This document shows positions 1-9,419 of a DNA stretch of 64,000 nucleotides, piece after piece (within the stretch, counting starts at the first letter, position 1; every line of letters starts with the position of its first letter). A model generated the notes under the pieces. That model was not told the origin of the DNA, searched no databases, and saw only the letters and a list, made by a program, of their open reading frames with translations. The stretch is from the NCBI GenBank assembly GCA_958414825.1, contig CATYXQ010000004.1, positions 8,667-72,666 on the forward strand. Direction: 5' to 3'. A program made the translations under genes and the position numbers. This stretch comes from an uncultured Eubacteriales bacterium. Its GTDB lineage: Bacteria; Bacillota; Clostridia; Oscillospirales; CAG-272.

Positions 1-1425
1 GCGTATTTCAAATGTCGTAAGCTCCGTGTCCATACCGCACAGCTTTGCGGCTCTTGCCACCATAACGGCGGCTTCCGCACGAGTAATCATTCCGTTTGGA
101 TTAAATTCGTTTTCGGATATGCCTTTTATAATGGCATAGGAATAGGCAGTGCTTACATAAGAGTAGAACCAATCATTTGAAGTAACGTCGCCGAAAATCG
201 CTGCATTTTTTAAGGGAAGTCCCAGACCTCTTACAATAATTGTGGCAAACTCGGCTCGTGTCATTGTGTTGTCAGGTTCAAATTTTGCTTCTGTTTTTCC
301 GTTTATGATATTTCGGATCGCAAGTGATTCGATTGCTGTTTGGTTGGCATGGCCTTGTATATCCGTAAAGGTCTTGTCGGGGTTTACAACGGGTATTTTT
401 GCGACATCTGCATGCTTATTGGCTAAACCCACAGATGATATATTATCTGTGAAAGTTTTTACGTCACTCATTCTGTATAGGGAGCTTTTATTTTCATTTG
501 CACGCTTGAGAGCGACAAGTGCATAAAAACATTGTTCGGTCGCCATTTGATTTGTATCTGTGTCGTCAGCGGTGTGCTTAAATCCCTTTCCGTTTATGTA
601 ATAGGAAAGAAGATTATCAAGCATCGTATTGCCATTTTTTACAAAACGAGTATCATCAATATCTATGCCAAGCTCGCATAATGCGACGATCATTTGGGCA
701 CTGCTCTCGGCGTTTTCGGTGTTCCAACATGAAAATCCGCCATCTGCATTTTGTTTTTGTGACATACAGTTGAGAGCTTTTTCCGTTGCCGATTTTACAT
801 CGGCGTTATCTTGATATTTTGAAAGCGCCTGCAAAGCCATAGCTGTTATATCGGGGTCGGCAACATCGCCCGATAATGCCCATCCGCCGTCCGAGGTTTG
901 TTTTTCAAGAATATGATTTATGTATATTTCTCTTGTTGCCTGTACTTTGGCGTTTATATTCTGCGGCATTTCGTAATTTACGCTGTCAAGCGCGATCAGT
1001 GCCCAAATAGAGCCGTTAATGCCTTGCCACACGGTCTTTTCATAATCTCCGAGAGGAGACAGAAGATTATATCCCGCAATATTTTCGGGATTTTTGCCGA
1101 TCGATGTGAGTGCGATAATTAGTCTTGAATATTCGGTATACTTTTTTTCGTGAAGTATACCTTTGCGTTTTACCACATATTCTGTGACTGCTTTGTAGTA
1201 TGCGTCAAAGTATTTCGTTGGAATATCGGCACCGCTTCGAGCAAGTCCTAAGATCAGCCATTCGCCGCCTACAGAGCCTACCTGTGGTGTGGGAACAGTT
1301 TTACTGAGGTAATTTCCCACGTCTGACACCAAAGTATTTACCATATTGTTATCTATAGCAAATATTTGCATCGAAAAGCCGAAAATCATTACAAAGCACA
1401 AGAATAATGATATTGGTTTTCTCAT
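1..1425 (-). CDS. Secreted alpha/alpha-toroid (prenyltransferase/terpene-cyclase-like repeat) protein with C-terminal SLH domains; the 3' end runs off the window
   Basis: Not in the ORF track because there is no stop in the window. My own translation starts at ATG 1425..1423, with RBS AAAGGAA just upstream. It gives a signal peptide (MRKPISLFLCFVMIFGFSMQIFA), then GGEWLILGLARSG and repeated DGGW / ADGGFS toroid-type motifs. SLH-type repeats follow (FTDIQGHANQTAIESLAIRNIINGK..., FGDVTSNDWFYSYVSTAYSYAIIKGISENEFNPNGMITRAEAAVMVAR). Confidence 0.75.
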   Translation of the reverse strand, partial: MRKPISLFLCFVMIFGFSMQIFAIDNNMVNTLVSDVGNYLSKTVPTPQVGSVGGEWLILGLARSGADIPTKYFDAYYKAVTEYVVKRKGILHEKKYTEYSRLIIALTSIGKNPENIAGYNLLSPLGDYEKTVWQGINGSIWALIALDSVNYEMPQNINAKVQATREIYINHILEKQTSDGGWALSGDVADPDITAMALQALSKYQDNADVKSATEKALNCMSQKQNADGGFSCWNTENAESSAQMIVALCELGIDIDDTRFVKNGNTMLDNLLSYYINGKGFKHTADDTDTNQMATEQCFYALVALKRANENKSSLYRMSDVKTFTDNISSVGLANKHADVAKIPVVNPDKTFTDIQGHANQTAIESLAIRNIINGKTEAKFEPDNTMTRAEFATIIVRGLGLPLKNAAIFGDVTSNDWFYSYVSTAYSYAIIKGISENEFNPNGMITRAEAAVMVARAAKLCGMDTELTTFEIR

Positions 1426-1440
1426 TGCCTGAATTCCTTT

Positions 1441-1488
1441 CCAAAACAGCAAAAGCGAGCAGTCAGATTTTGAGATCTGACTGTTCGC
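1441..1488 (-). terminator. Terminator-like hairpin between the giant surface-protein gene and the downstream toroid-protein gene
   Basis: The minus strand reads GCGAACAGTCAGAT-CTCAAA-ATCTGACTGCTCGC followed by TTTTGCTGTTTTGG. The RBS and ATG of the next ORF follow within about 15 nt. Confidence 0.5.
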
Positions 1489-1505
1489 AGTTTACCGTTA
1501 ACTGA

Positions 1506-4500
1506 TTATTTAGTTATATTTTCACAAAAGTGCATTAGAATTATTGCAACCTGAGCGCGTATTGTTGTAGCTTTAGGAGATAAAGTCGTATAGCTTGTAC
1601 CTGTTATAAGTTCGGTGGAGATCGCCCATTTAACGGCTTCAAGCGCCCAATCGCTTACATCATCTGCATCCGTATACTGTGAAATTTCAGTAGATGCGGT
1701 TATATCGTAGCCTTTCATTTTCGCATAGCGGAATATGACAGTAATCATTTGCTCGCGGGTGATATTATCATTGGGAGCAAATTCGGTTTCGCTGATACCG
1801 TTTACAATTCCGTTTTCCGATGCCCAAGCAACTGCGTTTTCGTACCATTCGCCGTCCGCAACATCGGTAAAGCTGTGCTTATATGACTTTCCTTGTGGAT
1901 TTTCAAGCCTGTAAAATACCGTCACAAGCATTGCTCTTGTCATGTTTCCTCCAGGCGCAAATTCTGTTTCAGATATTCCGTTAAACAGATTGTTTTCCAC
2001 GACATAGGTTACAGCAGTTTCATACCAAGAGCCTTTTTCAACATCTATAAACGTGATTTCTTCCTTTTTTACTTTCTCCCATTTAGCATAGAGGGTAAAG
2101 TTCTTCTTGACTTTACTGCTAAAATTGTACTCTTCGGTCAAATTTTTGTCTATAAACCATCCTACAAATGTGAAACCTTCCTTTGTCGGATCATCGGGTT
2201 CAGTTGCAGTATCATTTTTTTTGACGCTCTGTGTTTTAACCTTGCTTCCGCCGTTGGTTTCAAATTTGATGGTGTACATTGTAGTGGTCGTTCCCGAAGA
2301 AGAGTTTTCCCACTCCTCGGAGCCTTCCTCGTTTGTGTAGTCATCAGTATAATGAAAAATAATTCTATCTCTGTTTTTGAGTGTTTGCTCCGCTACACCG
2401 AGATTTGGATATGTTCCGTTTAACAAATACATCCAGCCTGAAAGAATACCGTTGTCAAACTCCGCAAGACCGTCTATTTCGGAGATGTAGTTTCCACCGT
2501 CATTTTCAAAGGAAAGTCCCGCTTCGGCAAGTGCTATTTCAAATACGTCAAGGACGGTTGCGCCGGAGTCTACGGTGTATGATTTCTGCGAGATCCATAC
2601 AGGGAGGTTCTTTTTATCGTTCTTGTACGTATGAACTTCGGCTTCACCGTGCTTGTCGTCGCCGTAGAGAGTAAATTTAACGGTAATTGTTTTGCCTGTA
2701 GACACAGGCGCACTTTCTCTTGTTACGGTCAGCGTAACCGTTTGAGTGTTTCCGCCGTCATCCTTGGCGGTTATTTCAAACGTGTTTTTACCGTAATCGA
2801 GATCATAGGAAGCGGCTACAGGCTCGCCGTCTACGGTAATATCAACATTCTGCGCTGCTACGGTGCTTATTGAAATATTGCCTATGCGGTAGCCAACACT
2901 TGCAGTGTAAGACGCGCCGTTCTTGGTGGTTGCTTCTCTTATGGTTCCGTTTGCATTGATCTTAATACCTTCAATAAGTTCATCGCTTTCTTCTGCACTG
3001 CTTGTAAGCTTTAAAAGAAATATTGCAGGCTCTTTGTCGCCATTTTGAACAATTACACGGACTAAGGTTTCCCCCTTTTCCTTTGTAACCTTAAATCCCT
3101 CGGCAGAGGCACCCGACTCAACTCTCTGATTGTTTACATAGATGTTATCATCATTCACCGTTCCGTTTACGGTAACTGAAACATATTTCATGTTGTCGAG
3201 ATTTACCGAATATACAGTCTGTCCGTTGGCAAAGTTGATTATCTTACTGTCGGCGCCGTCGGAGATGGTGACGCCTGTGGGTGCTTTTGTTTTTCCGACG
3301 GCGCTGTTTTGCGCAGTTGTGCGGACAACATATGTGACTTCGGTTGATTTTTCGGCAAACATGCCTGCGTAAATATTGGACGCTGTTGCCACCTTGATGT
3401 AATGGAATTCCATATTGCTTACATCAACGGGAATACCGTCCTCGTCAACCGCCCAAGCAACGTCAAATCCGTTTGCCTTGCTTGGTTTTTCTATATAAGA
3501 GTTTACATCCGTGACAGTTGTACCCGATATATTTGAAGCATAGTAATCGGTATATCCGAATTTAGCGCTTGCGGCATAGGATGCTGTTGATGAACTGTTG
3601 CCCATAATGCTTCCGAACTGACTTTCAAATAGAACGCCCGTAAAACTATATGTGTCTCTGAGCGCTGTATCATTCATATAGTAATATGCGGCACTCGGCC
3701 ATGCTTTTGCGGCATAGTTTATGGAATTGCCCTGATTGTCTGTCCAATATGCTTTACCATCATCGCCCTTGGTGTAGGTGATGGTGTAGTCCCATATAGC
3801 CTTATTCTCATAATGTTCCGATCCTGCAAGGGCGTACCAAGTTTTTCCGTCCTCGGACACATACACCTGTCCAAGTTCTGCCATGCTGTCGATGTTGGTT
3901 TCCGAACTGTTTCCGATAACATAGAAATCCATACCGTATTTATTATTGGGATTGTCAATTATCGGATCTTCGTAGTAATAGGTGATATATCCGCCGAAGT
4001 TGCCGAGGGATTTAAGGCCTCCGCCAAGTGTCTGTTCGGGGTATGTTCCATATCCGGCGTTGGTATATTGCGAGCCTATACAGAGATAGTCCACAACTTT
4101 GTCGGGGACGTCCATGGCGGACTTTTTCTTGTATCCGAATTTGTAGGTATTTGTAAAGCAGCCGTCTTCGCTCGTTACTGTAACGGTTGTCTGGCTTTTT
4201 CCAAAGGTCAGTGTGTAATTTCCGCTTTCATCGGGAGTTTGTACGGCAGCACCGATTTTAACGGTGCATCCGTCAGCGACAGTGTAAGTCAGAACAGGCG
4301 CCGTGGCACTGTTTTCGATAACGATCCAATATGAATATTTATCTTGGTTGAACGCTGGATACCAGTCACCGTTTGATGTTTTTGCAGTGAGTATTTTTGC
4401 ACAGGAGAGTGCTATTTTGTCAATCCAAACCTTGTATTCTGTAGGCGTGCTGTTTGCAAACCCGTTTTCACCATTTGCTATGTTTTTAACATATGTCGCG

Positions 4501-7500
4501 TCGTCAATCATCTGAATGATTATTACAGAAGCTCCTTCTGCGGGGGGCGCAATCGCTTCGGTAATTCCTCCGCCCTGTGCGATTTCCGTGTAAGTTTTAC
4601 CGTTGTCTGTGCTGTAACGAATATGTGCATAACTCGTCGAAGCGGTGAGATTTAATCTGAAGCTTTGGGCATCATCGTAAATGAATGTGCGATAGTAATA
4701 TGCGGATCCGCTTACACCAGAGCCAGAGGTAAGTACGCCGTTTTCATCGCATTTCTGCATCGTACCCTCGGTTACACCGTTGTAGGCTGTGGAAGAAAGA
4801 GCACGGTTGGTAGGGGTGAGAACTATACTTCTGTTCTTTATGAGTTTCGTAGTGTCGCGCGGTCTTGATACGTTAAAGGTGTATACAGTCGCTTTTTCGG
4901 AATTGTTTTTATCTGTAAGCGTGATCGTTATTACAGAACTGTCAAAGGGTTGATTGGGCAGAGTTGTGATTTTGCCGCTGTTTACTGTGATGCTTTGCTT
5001 ATTGCCATTAATATCGGTGTATTCGGCAACTGCCGTATATTTATTCGTGTCGTAAATCGTAGTTGCCTGCAGGGTAAGACTGCTCGTGGAGTAGGTTTTG
5101 AGCGGCAGGTCATATTCAAGCTTTGTGGGGACGAATGTCGAATCCTTTGTCCAAGCTCCGGATGTAAACGCTGTGGTCAGAAATTCAAGGCTTTCAAAAT
5201 AGGGTGTTTCCTCGCTGTCAACGACTACCTTAATACCGCCCTTTGTGCCATCGTTGTCGATTGCGGTGATAATTGTGCTTCCGACTCCTTTGGCAGTGAC
5301 AAGTCCGTTTTCATCAACCGATGCGATTGTTTCATCTGCACTTGACCAGCTGACTACAGTTTTACCCTCGGCGGCATATGCAGTGAGTTGAACTGTAGGA
5401 TTGGGAGTTTCAGTGCTTACGCTTAAATAAGTTTTTCCGTTATTTCCCTTGTTATCTTCAACTGCAACGCCGGTTACGGTGATCGTAGCCGTATCGGTGA
5501 GTTCTTCGTTTATATCTAACTCGAATGTCGCTGTAATCGTACCCGGACGGAAAAGATTAAACTTTATGGTGCCACCGTTTCCGGGATCGGCAGCAAGTTC
5601 ACCGACGCCCTCGGAAATATTATAACTCCAGATATTATGTCCGGATTTTCCTGCCGTGAGCGACATGGTTTTGGAAGTTTGACCGTCTTCGGAAAGGGCG
5701 ATCGTCTGTGTCTTTTGGGATTCATTGAGCAGATATCCCGTCGCTTTTACAGTTGTTTTTGCCGTTATTGAATTGTCAAGCTTTGATACAGCTGTGAAGT
5801 ACCAGTACGAGGTTGAAGAATAGGCGTCAACAATTACCTCGAACTCGCCCGTGGCGCCATCAAGAACTACGCTGCTTGTAGAGGTGGTTGTCCATGTGAC
5901 GGGTGTTTCCTCACCGTTTTCGTTATACGCGGTAAGTTTGAATTTGTCCCCCTTTTTGGTTATGATAATACCGTCAATTATGTCCTTGGCATCATGCTCT
6001 ATGGTGATTGATGTCGGGGCAGTGAACTTTTCTGTTACGGTCAGTGTAACGGTGTAAGCTTCACTGTCGGCAGTACCGTCGTTTGCAGTGAATACCAAAG
6101 TATATTCACCAGTTTCGTCTGGAGTAAAGGCATAATCTTCATTTGCCGAAACAGCATCGGTGCCATTTATGGCTACGGTATAGGTAAGAGTATCGATTTC
6201 GTCAATATCCGTGAAGATATCGGATAAATTAACGTTGTAATCCTCGCCGAGCATAATTGAGGCAGTATCGCTTGTCTTTGAAGCGGCGGGAACTGTATTG
6301 TTCTGCGGCTTCATAGGAACAATCACCGTATAAGTTTTTGCCTGCGACTGCGCCTCAACGGTGATTTTAAGTTCATTGTTTTTCCCGGCCGAGAGCGCAA
6401 ATGTAAGTGCTTTCCATGCTGAATCGCCCGAAGTGATCTTTTCTGATTTTCCGTTGCATTCGGCAGTAATAACAGCGTCGCTGTCTTCGGCAGCAGCCTT
6501 TACATAAACAAATCCTAAACTGTCATAAACGACAGAAGGTACCGAATATGAGGTAACGGAACTGTTGAAATTCGGGGTAAGCTTCAGCGCATTTGGATTA
6601 TTGTTAAGGTCGGTTATCGAAAGCGATGTGAGATCGCACGGATTTGACACAGGTATATCTTTGTCAACGATGATTTTGGTTAGCGACATTATAAGAGGTT
6701 CGCCTGCTGTGCCGTTTGGCATATAGGCGGTAAGATAATATGTACCTTCTGTTGCCGGAGCGGTAACGGTTACCTTTCCGTTTTCGTCCGTAACGGCATC
6801 TGTGATTATTGCAAGACTGTCTCCCGAGATGTTGTCTGTCATATCTACGAGAGCAAGCTGTGCACCTGAAACGGCTGAGCCGGCTGTGTGAACAGCGTCA
6901 GCGTCCTTATATAAATAACCGTATGAATATGGCAGGGAATTAAGTGTAAGCGAAGCTGATAGGCCGGGCGTCGCTGTAATTTCGGTTACAGCGTTTCCCT
7001 TATAATTAAACCATGCAAGCTCGTCCGACCAGTCTTCTGCGTAGATGAAAAATTCAACAGTGTCGTCGTCGTTGAGTTCCTGCGTAGTTTCGAGCGTACC
7101 GTTATATCCGCCGAAATTGCTTTCTGTTCCGTCGTTGGGATAAGCACCGTTAAGCACGAAACCGGCATATCTATCGGAATATCCGAAGCTCTTTGATGTA
7201 CTGCCGTAATCATTTAACGCAAGATAATTACCTGCGGCATCTTTTGTAAAACTATTGCCGTACTTTATTTTGTGAAGCGTTACCAACGCATCTAAAACGG
7301 ATACGCCGTCTACGCTGTCCTCAAATCCGTAGATTTCCGCAGTATTACTGTCTACTTTAATGCCAAACTGTGGAGCGCACAAAAAAGCACCGTCTGCCTG
7401 TGCTGTCAGATTTACTTCCACACTTTGAATATTTGTAACTGTATCTGCAAATACAGTTACAAGTGCTGCGCCCATTATCATAATAAGTAATAGTATGAGG

Positions 7501-7532
7501 CTAAAAATTTTTTTTGATTGCATTTTAGTCAT
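1506..7532 (-). CDS. Giant (2008 aa) secreted, SLH-anchored surface protein with DUF4430-like (transcobalamin beta-domain-like) modules, Ig-like repeats and a Listeria-Bacteroides-type repeat
   Basis: ORF track. N-terminal signal/TM segment (KKIFSLILLLIMIMGAALVTVFA). A DUF4430-type block lies near aa 1560-1680 (...ISEIDGLAEFDNGILSGWMYLLNGTYPNLGVAEQTLKNRDRIIFHYTDDY). A more divergent copy lies near aa 40-170 (VSVLDALVTLHK...GFVLNG...DDDTVEFFIY). There is a YTIKFETNGG...GFTFVGWF...FTLYAKW repeat. Three C-terminal SLH repeats are present (FIDVEKGSWYETAV..., FTDVADGEWYENAV..., YTDADDVSDWALEAV...). Confidence 0.9.
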   Translation of the reverse strand: MTKMQSKKIFSLILLLIMIMGAALVTVFADTVTNIQSVEVNLTAQADGAFLCAPQFGIKVDSNTAEIYGFEDSVDGVSVLDALVTLHKIKYGNSFTKDAAGNYLALNDYGSTSKSFGYSDRYAGFVLNGAYPNDGTESNFGGYNGTLETTQELNDDDTVEFFIYAEDWSDELAWFNYKGNAVTEITATPGLSASLTLNSLPYSYGYLYKDADAVHTAGSAVSGAQLALVDMTDNISGDSLAIITDAVTDENGKVTVTAPATEGTYYLTAYMPNGTAGEPLIMSLTKIIVDKDIPVSNPCDLTSLSITDLNNNPNALKLTPNFNSSVTSYSVPSVVYDSLGFVYVKAAAEDSDAVITAECNGKSEKITSGDSAWKALTFALSAGKNNELKITVEAQSQAKTYTVIVPMKPQNNTVPAASKTSDTASIMLGEDYNVNLSDIFTDIDEIDTLTYTVAINGTDAVSANEDYAFTPDETGEYTLVFTANDGTADSEAYTVTLTVTEKFTAPTSITIEHDAKDIIDGIIITKKGDKFKLTAYNENGEETPVTWTTTSTSSVVLDGATGEFEVIVDAYSSTSYWYFTAVSKLDNSITAKTTVKATGYLLNESQKTQTIALSEDGQTSKTMSLTAGKSGHNIWSYNISEGVGELAADPGNGGTIKFNLFRPGTITATFELDINEELTDTATITVTGVAVEDNKGNNGKTYLSVSTETPNPTVQLTAYAAEGKTVVSWSSADETIASVDENGLVTAKGVGSTIITAIDNDGTKGGIKVVVDSEETPYFESLEFLTTAFTSGAWTKDSTFVPTKLEYDLPLKTYSTSSLTLQATTIYDTNKYTAVAEYTDINGNKQSITVNSGKITTLPNQPFDSSVITITLTDKNNSEKATVYTFNVSRPRDTTKLIKNRSIVLTPTNRALSSTAYNGVTEGTMQKCDENGVLTSGSGVSGSAYYYRTFIYDDAQSFRLNLTASTSYAHIRYSTDNGKTYTEIAQGGGITEAIAPPAEGASVIIIQMIDDATYVKNIANGENGFANSTPTEYKVWIDKIALSCAKILTAKTSNGDWYPAFNQDKYSYWIVIENSATAPVLTYTVADGCTVKIGAAVQTPDESGNYTLTFGKSQTTVTVTSEDGCFTNTYKFGYKKKSAMDVPDKVVDYLCIGSQYTNAGYGTYPEQTLGGGLKSLGNFGGYITYYYEDPIIDNPNNKYGMDFYVIGNSSETNIDSMAELGQVYVSEDGKTWYALAGSEHYENKAIWDYTITYTKGDDGKAYWTDNQGNSINYAAKAWPSAAYYYMNDTALRDTYSFTGVLFESQFGSIMGNSSSTASYAASAKFGYTDYYASNISGTTVTDVNSYIEKPSKANGFDVAWAVDEDGIPVDVSNMEFHYIKVATASNIYAGMFAEKSTEVTYVVRTTAQNSAVGKTKAPTGVTISDGADSKIINFANGQTVYSVNLDNMKYVSVTVNGTVNDDNIYVNNQRVESGASAEGFKVTKEKGETLVRVIVQNGDKEPAIFLLKLTSSAEESDELIEGIKINANGTIREATTKNGASYTASVGYRIGNISISTVAAQNVDITVDGEPVAASYDLDYGKNTFEITAKDDGGNTQTVTLTVTRESAPVSTGKTITVKFTLYGDDKHGEAEVHTYKNDKKNLPVWISQKSYTVDSGATVLDVFEIALAEAGLSFENDGGNYISEIDGLAEFDNGILSGWMYLLNGTYPNLGVAEQTLKNRDRIIFHYTDDYTNEEGSEEWENSSSGTTTTMYTIKFETNGGSKVKTQSVKKNDTATEPDDPTKEGFTFVGWFIDKNLTEEYNFSSKVKKNFTLYAKWEKVKKEEITFIDVEKGSWYETAVTYVVENNLFNGISETEFAPGGNMTRAMLVTVFYRLENPQGKSYKHSFTDVADGEWYENAVAWASENGIVNGISETEFAPNDNITREQMITVIFRYAKMKGYDITASTEISQYTDADDVSDWALEAVKWAISTELITGTSYTTLSPKATTIRAQVAIILMHFCENITK

Positions 7533-7619
7533 TCCTTTCTGTATATTTTAGAGATAAATCAAGAATTCTTATTTCTATGCCAATACCGGGACATAGGCGC
7601 TCACCTCCAAAGCTCGGGA

Positions 7620-7659
7620 AAAAACAAAAAGCCGCAGCAATCAAACGATTACTACGGCA
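7620..7659 (-). terminator. Intrinsic terminator in the riboswitch expression platform (5' leader of the giant ORF)
   Basis: The minus strand reads GCCGTAGTAATCGTTTGATTGCTGCGGC (7-bp stem with one G-U pair) followed by TTTTTGTTTTTT. It lies between the riboswitch aptamer and the start codon at 7532. Confidence 0.5.
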
Positions 7660-7799
7660 GTTTTCCCGCATCACCACATTTTGTCGGCGCCAAAAAAGAC
7701 AACAACAAACAAAGCCCTGAGAATACCCAATTTTTCCGAGAGGTGTTCAGCGCCAAACAAAATTACCATTTCCTATGTCGATATAATGTCGGCACTTAC

Positions 7800-7975
7800 G
7801 GAAAAAGTATCAGAGCAGGTCTTTTGACTCGCATCATATAAAACGCGTGTATATCCTGCCTTCTCAGTTTCCCAATGACCGGCTTTCACCGACGGATATA
7901 CATTCTTTGATGCATACAGCGACTGGTATCGTCGTGGGTTCTCACCACGTTCCCTTTTCACCGATTGTACCTTGG
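7800..7975 (-). promoter_or_regulatory. Cobalamin (B12) riboswitch aptamer
   Basis: The reverse complement reads ...ATCGGTGAAAAGGGAACGTGGTGAGAACCCACGACGATACCAGTCGCTGTATGC...GGTGAAAGCCGGTCATTGGGAAACTGAGAAGGCAGG...GCGAGTCAAAAGACCTGCTC. This matches the conserved GGTG..AGGGAA..GGTG..AA..CC core. It also matches the B12 box (consensus rAGYCMGgAgaCCkGCc; here GAGTCAAAAGACCTGC at 7811-7829). Boundaries are approximate. Confidence 0.8.
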
Positions 7976-8401
7976 ATGAAATCCATTTGCAGTACAACCG
8001 ACACTCTGTTGTGATATATTATATTTTTTATGGTATACGACCGAATACTATATAAGGAGTCATCATATACCAATTCAATATTATATCACATATACCGGCG
8101 AAATGTAATACGCAAAACGACGATCTTTTTATAAAAAATGAAAATATTTCTGGTATACATTGGATTTCATATTCCATTTTCCCGTTCGATAGAGTATCAG
8201 CGGTCAGAGTTTTATTATCTTATCTATAATGACCCGTTACACACGCCGATCTGATACATCAAATCCGAAGTCGCTTGAACTGCATGTGCTTGGAGGCGCG
8301 GACGGAAAAGTAGCACGAGTACAGGATATTCTGACTCGCGGCGCAAATGCGTATCTTTCGGACGTATTGATCGAACTGTTTTCGGTAAAGTAATAAAAAA
8401 T

Positions 8402-8444
8402 CCCCGGAGTGATTTCAAAAAAATCGCTTCGGGGTCTTTGGTTA
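8402..8444 (-). terminator. Intrinsic terminator downstream of the hemolysin-III family gene
   Basis: The minus strand has a CCCCGAAGCGAT / ATCACTCCGGGG hairpin followed by ATTTTTTATTAC, immediately after the stop at 8455. Confidence 0.6.
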
Positions 8445-8454
8445 TCAGTATGGT

Positions 8455-9108
8455 TTATAGTACATACAGCATAACGGAAAAATAGTGGCAGATGGAACCG
8501 GCGAGGACAAACAGATGCCAAATCGAATGCATATATCGGATTTTTTTCATCGCATAAAATACAATGCCGACCGTATAGCACAATCCCCCGGCAAGCAACA
8601 GGATAAATCCAGCGGGTGCGAGTGCGTTTAGTACGCTTTTGCTGGCAAAAATAATGCACCAGCCCATCGCTACATACAGAATCATTTCTATTTTCCGGAA
8701 TTTATTCAGCATAATGGCGTCAAATACGATGCCGATAATCGCGAGCCCCCATAAGATGCCGAAGAGTGTCCAGCCAAGCGGACCGCGCAGCGTAACCAGG
8801 AGATACGGGGTATAGGTGCCGGCGATCAGAAAAAAGATAGTGACATGATCGAAGATGCGAAAAACATGCTTTGCTTTCTTGGGAACGAGCGCATGGTAGA
8901 GCGTGGACATTGTGTACAGGATAATGAGCGCGGCGCCGAACAGGGAAGCCGCAACGATTGCATAGGCGTCGGCGGAACGCGCGGCACGAACGACCATTGT
9001 GACCAGTGCGGCGACAGAAAGCCCAGCGCCGATACCGTGCGTTACCGCGCTGAATATTTCTTCGCCGAGCGTGTAGCGCCTGCCGTTTTTTCTTAAATTC
9101 TCAGACAT
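8455..9108 (-). CDS. Hemolysin III / PAQR family integral membrane protein
   Basis: ORF track. Seven predicted TM segments with family motifs EEIFSAVTHGIG, YHALV...FDHVTIFFLIAGTYTPY and HSIWHLFVLAGSICHY. Confidence 0.9.
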   Translation of the reverse strand: MSENLRKNGRRYTLGEEIFSAVTHGIGAGLSVAALVTMVVRAARSADAYAIVAASLFGAALIILYTMSTLYHALVPKKAKHVFRIFDHVTIFFLIAGTYTPYLLVTLRGPLGWTLFGILWGLAIIGIVFDAIMLNKFRKIEMILYVAMGWCIIFASKSVLNALAPAGFILLLAGGLCYTVGIVFYAMKKIRYMHSIWHLFVLAGSICHYFSVMLYVL

Positions 9109-9307
9109 AGCATCACTCCTAAACGATTGAAATTGCAGTTTAAACCGTGCAGGCCGATTGTTTTGACCGGCAGATAAAAAATAAGCCGAGCTGAAATTGG
9201 CTTCGGCAATCTATATACAATATAAAAATATACAAAATATGATAAAATTATTTTATCATATTTTTGTCCTGGTGTCAATGAATTTTCATTTCAACGATTT
9301 ACGGCGG

Positions 9308-9336
9308 TTGACATTTTTTGCGGCGCGGTTTATAAT
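9308..9336 (+). promoter_or_regulatory. Consensus sigma-A type promoter upstream of the SEDS gene
   Basis: TTGACA (9308-9313), a 17-nt spacer, then TATAAT (9331-9336). Both hexamers match the consensus exactly. Confidence 0.6.
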
Positions 9337-9419
9337 AAAAACGGCGCATTTACATGGTTTTAGTCGTGCAATGCGTAAAAAGCGGCGCGCATAGAATCTG
9401 CGTGCGGAAAGAGGCGCGT

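Noticed and set aside
242-1122. Small plus-strand ORFs 242..526, 629..814 and 898..1122.
   Set aside because: They are antisense to the continuous minus-strand reading frame (1..1425), which encodes a signal peptide, toroid repeats and SLH domains.
7518-7997. ORFs 7518..7841 (+) and 7773..7997 (-) in the leader of the giant gene.
   Set aside because: Both overlap the cobalamin riboswitch and its expression platform. The RNA-element interpretation explains the conserved sequence.
8229-8393. A 54-aa plus-strand ORF (MTRYTRRSDTSNPKSLELHVLGGADGKVARVQDILTRGANAYLSDVLIELFSVK) between the riboswitch promoter region and the hemolysin-III terminator.
   Set aside because: It has no RBS and is short. 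The second half looks like the C-terminal end of a larger protein, so it may be a gene remnant. I cannot identify it, so it is not called as a feature.
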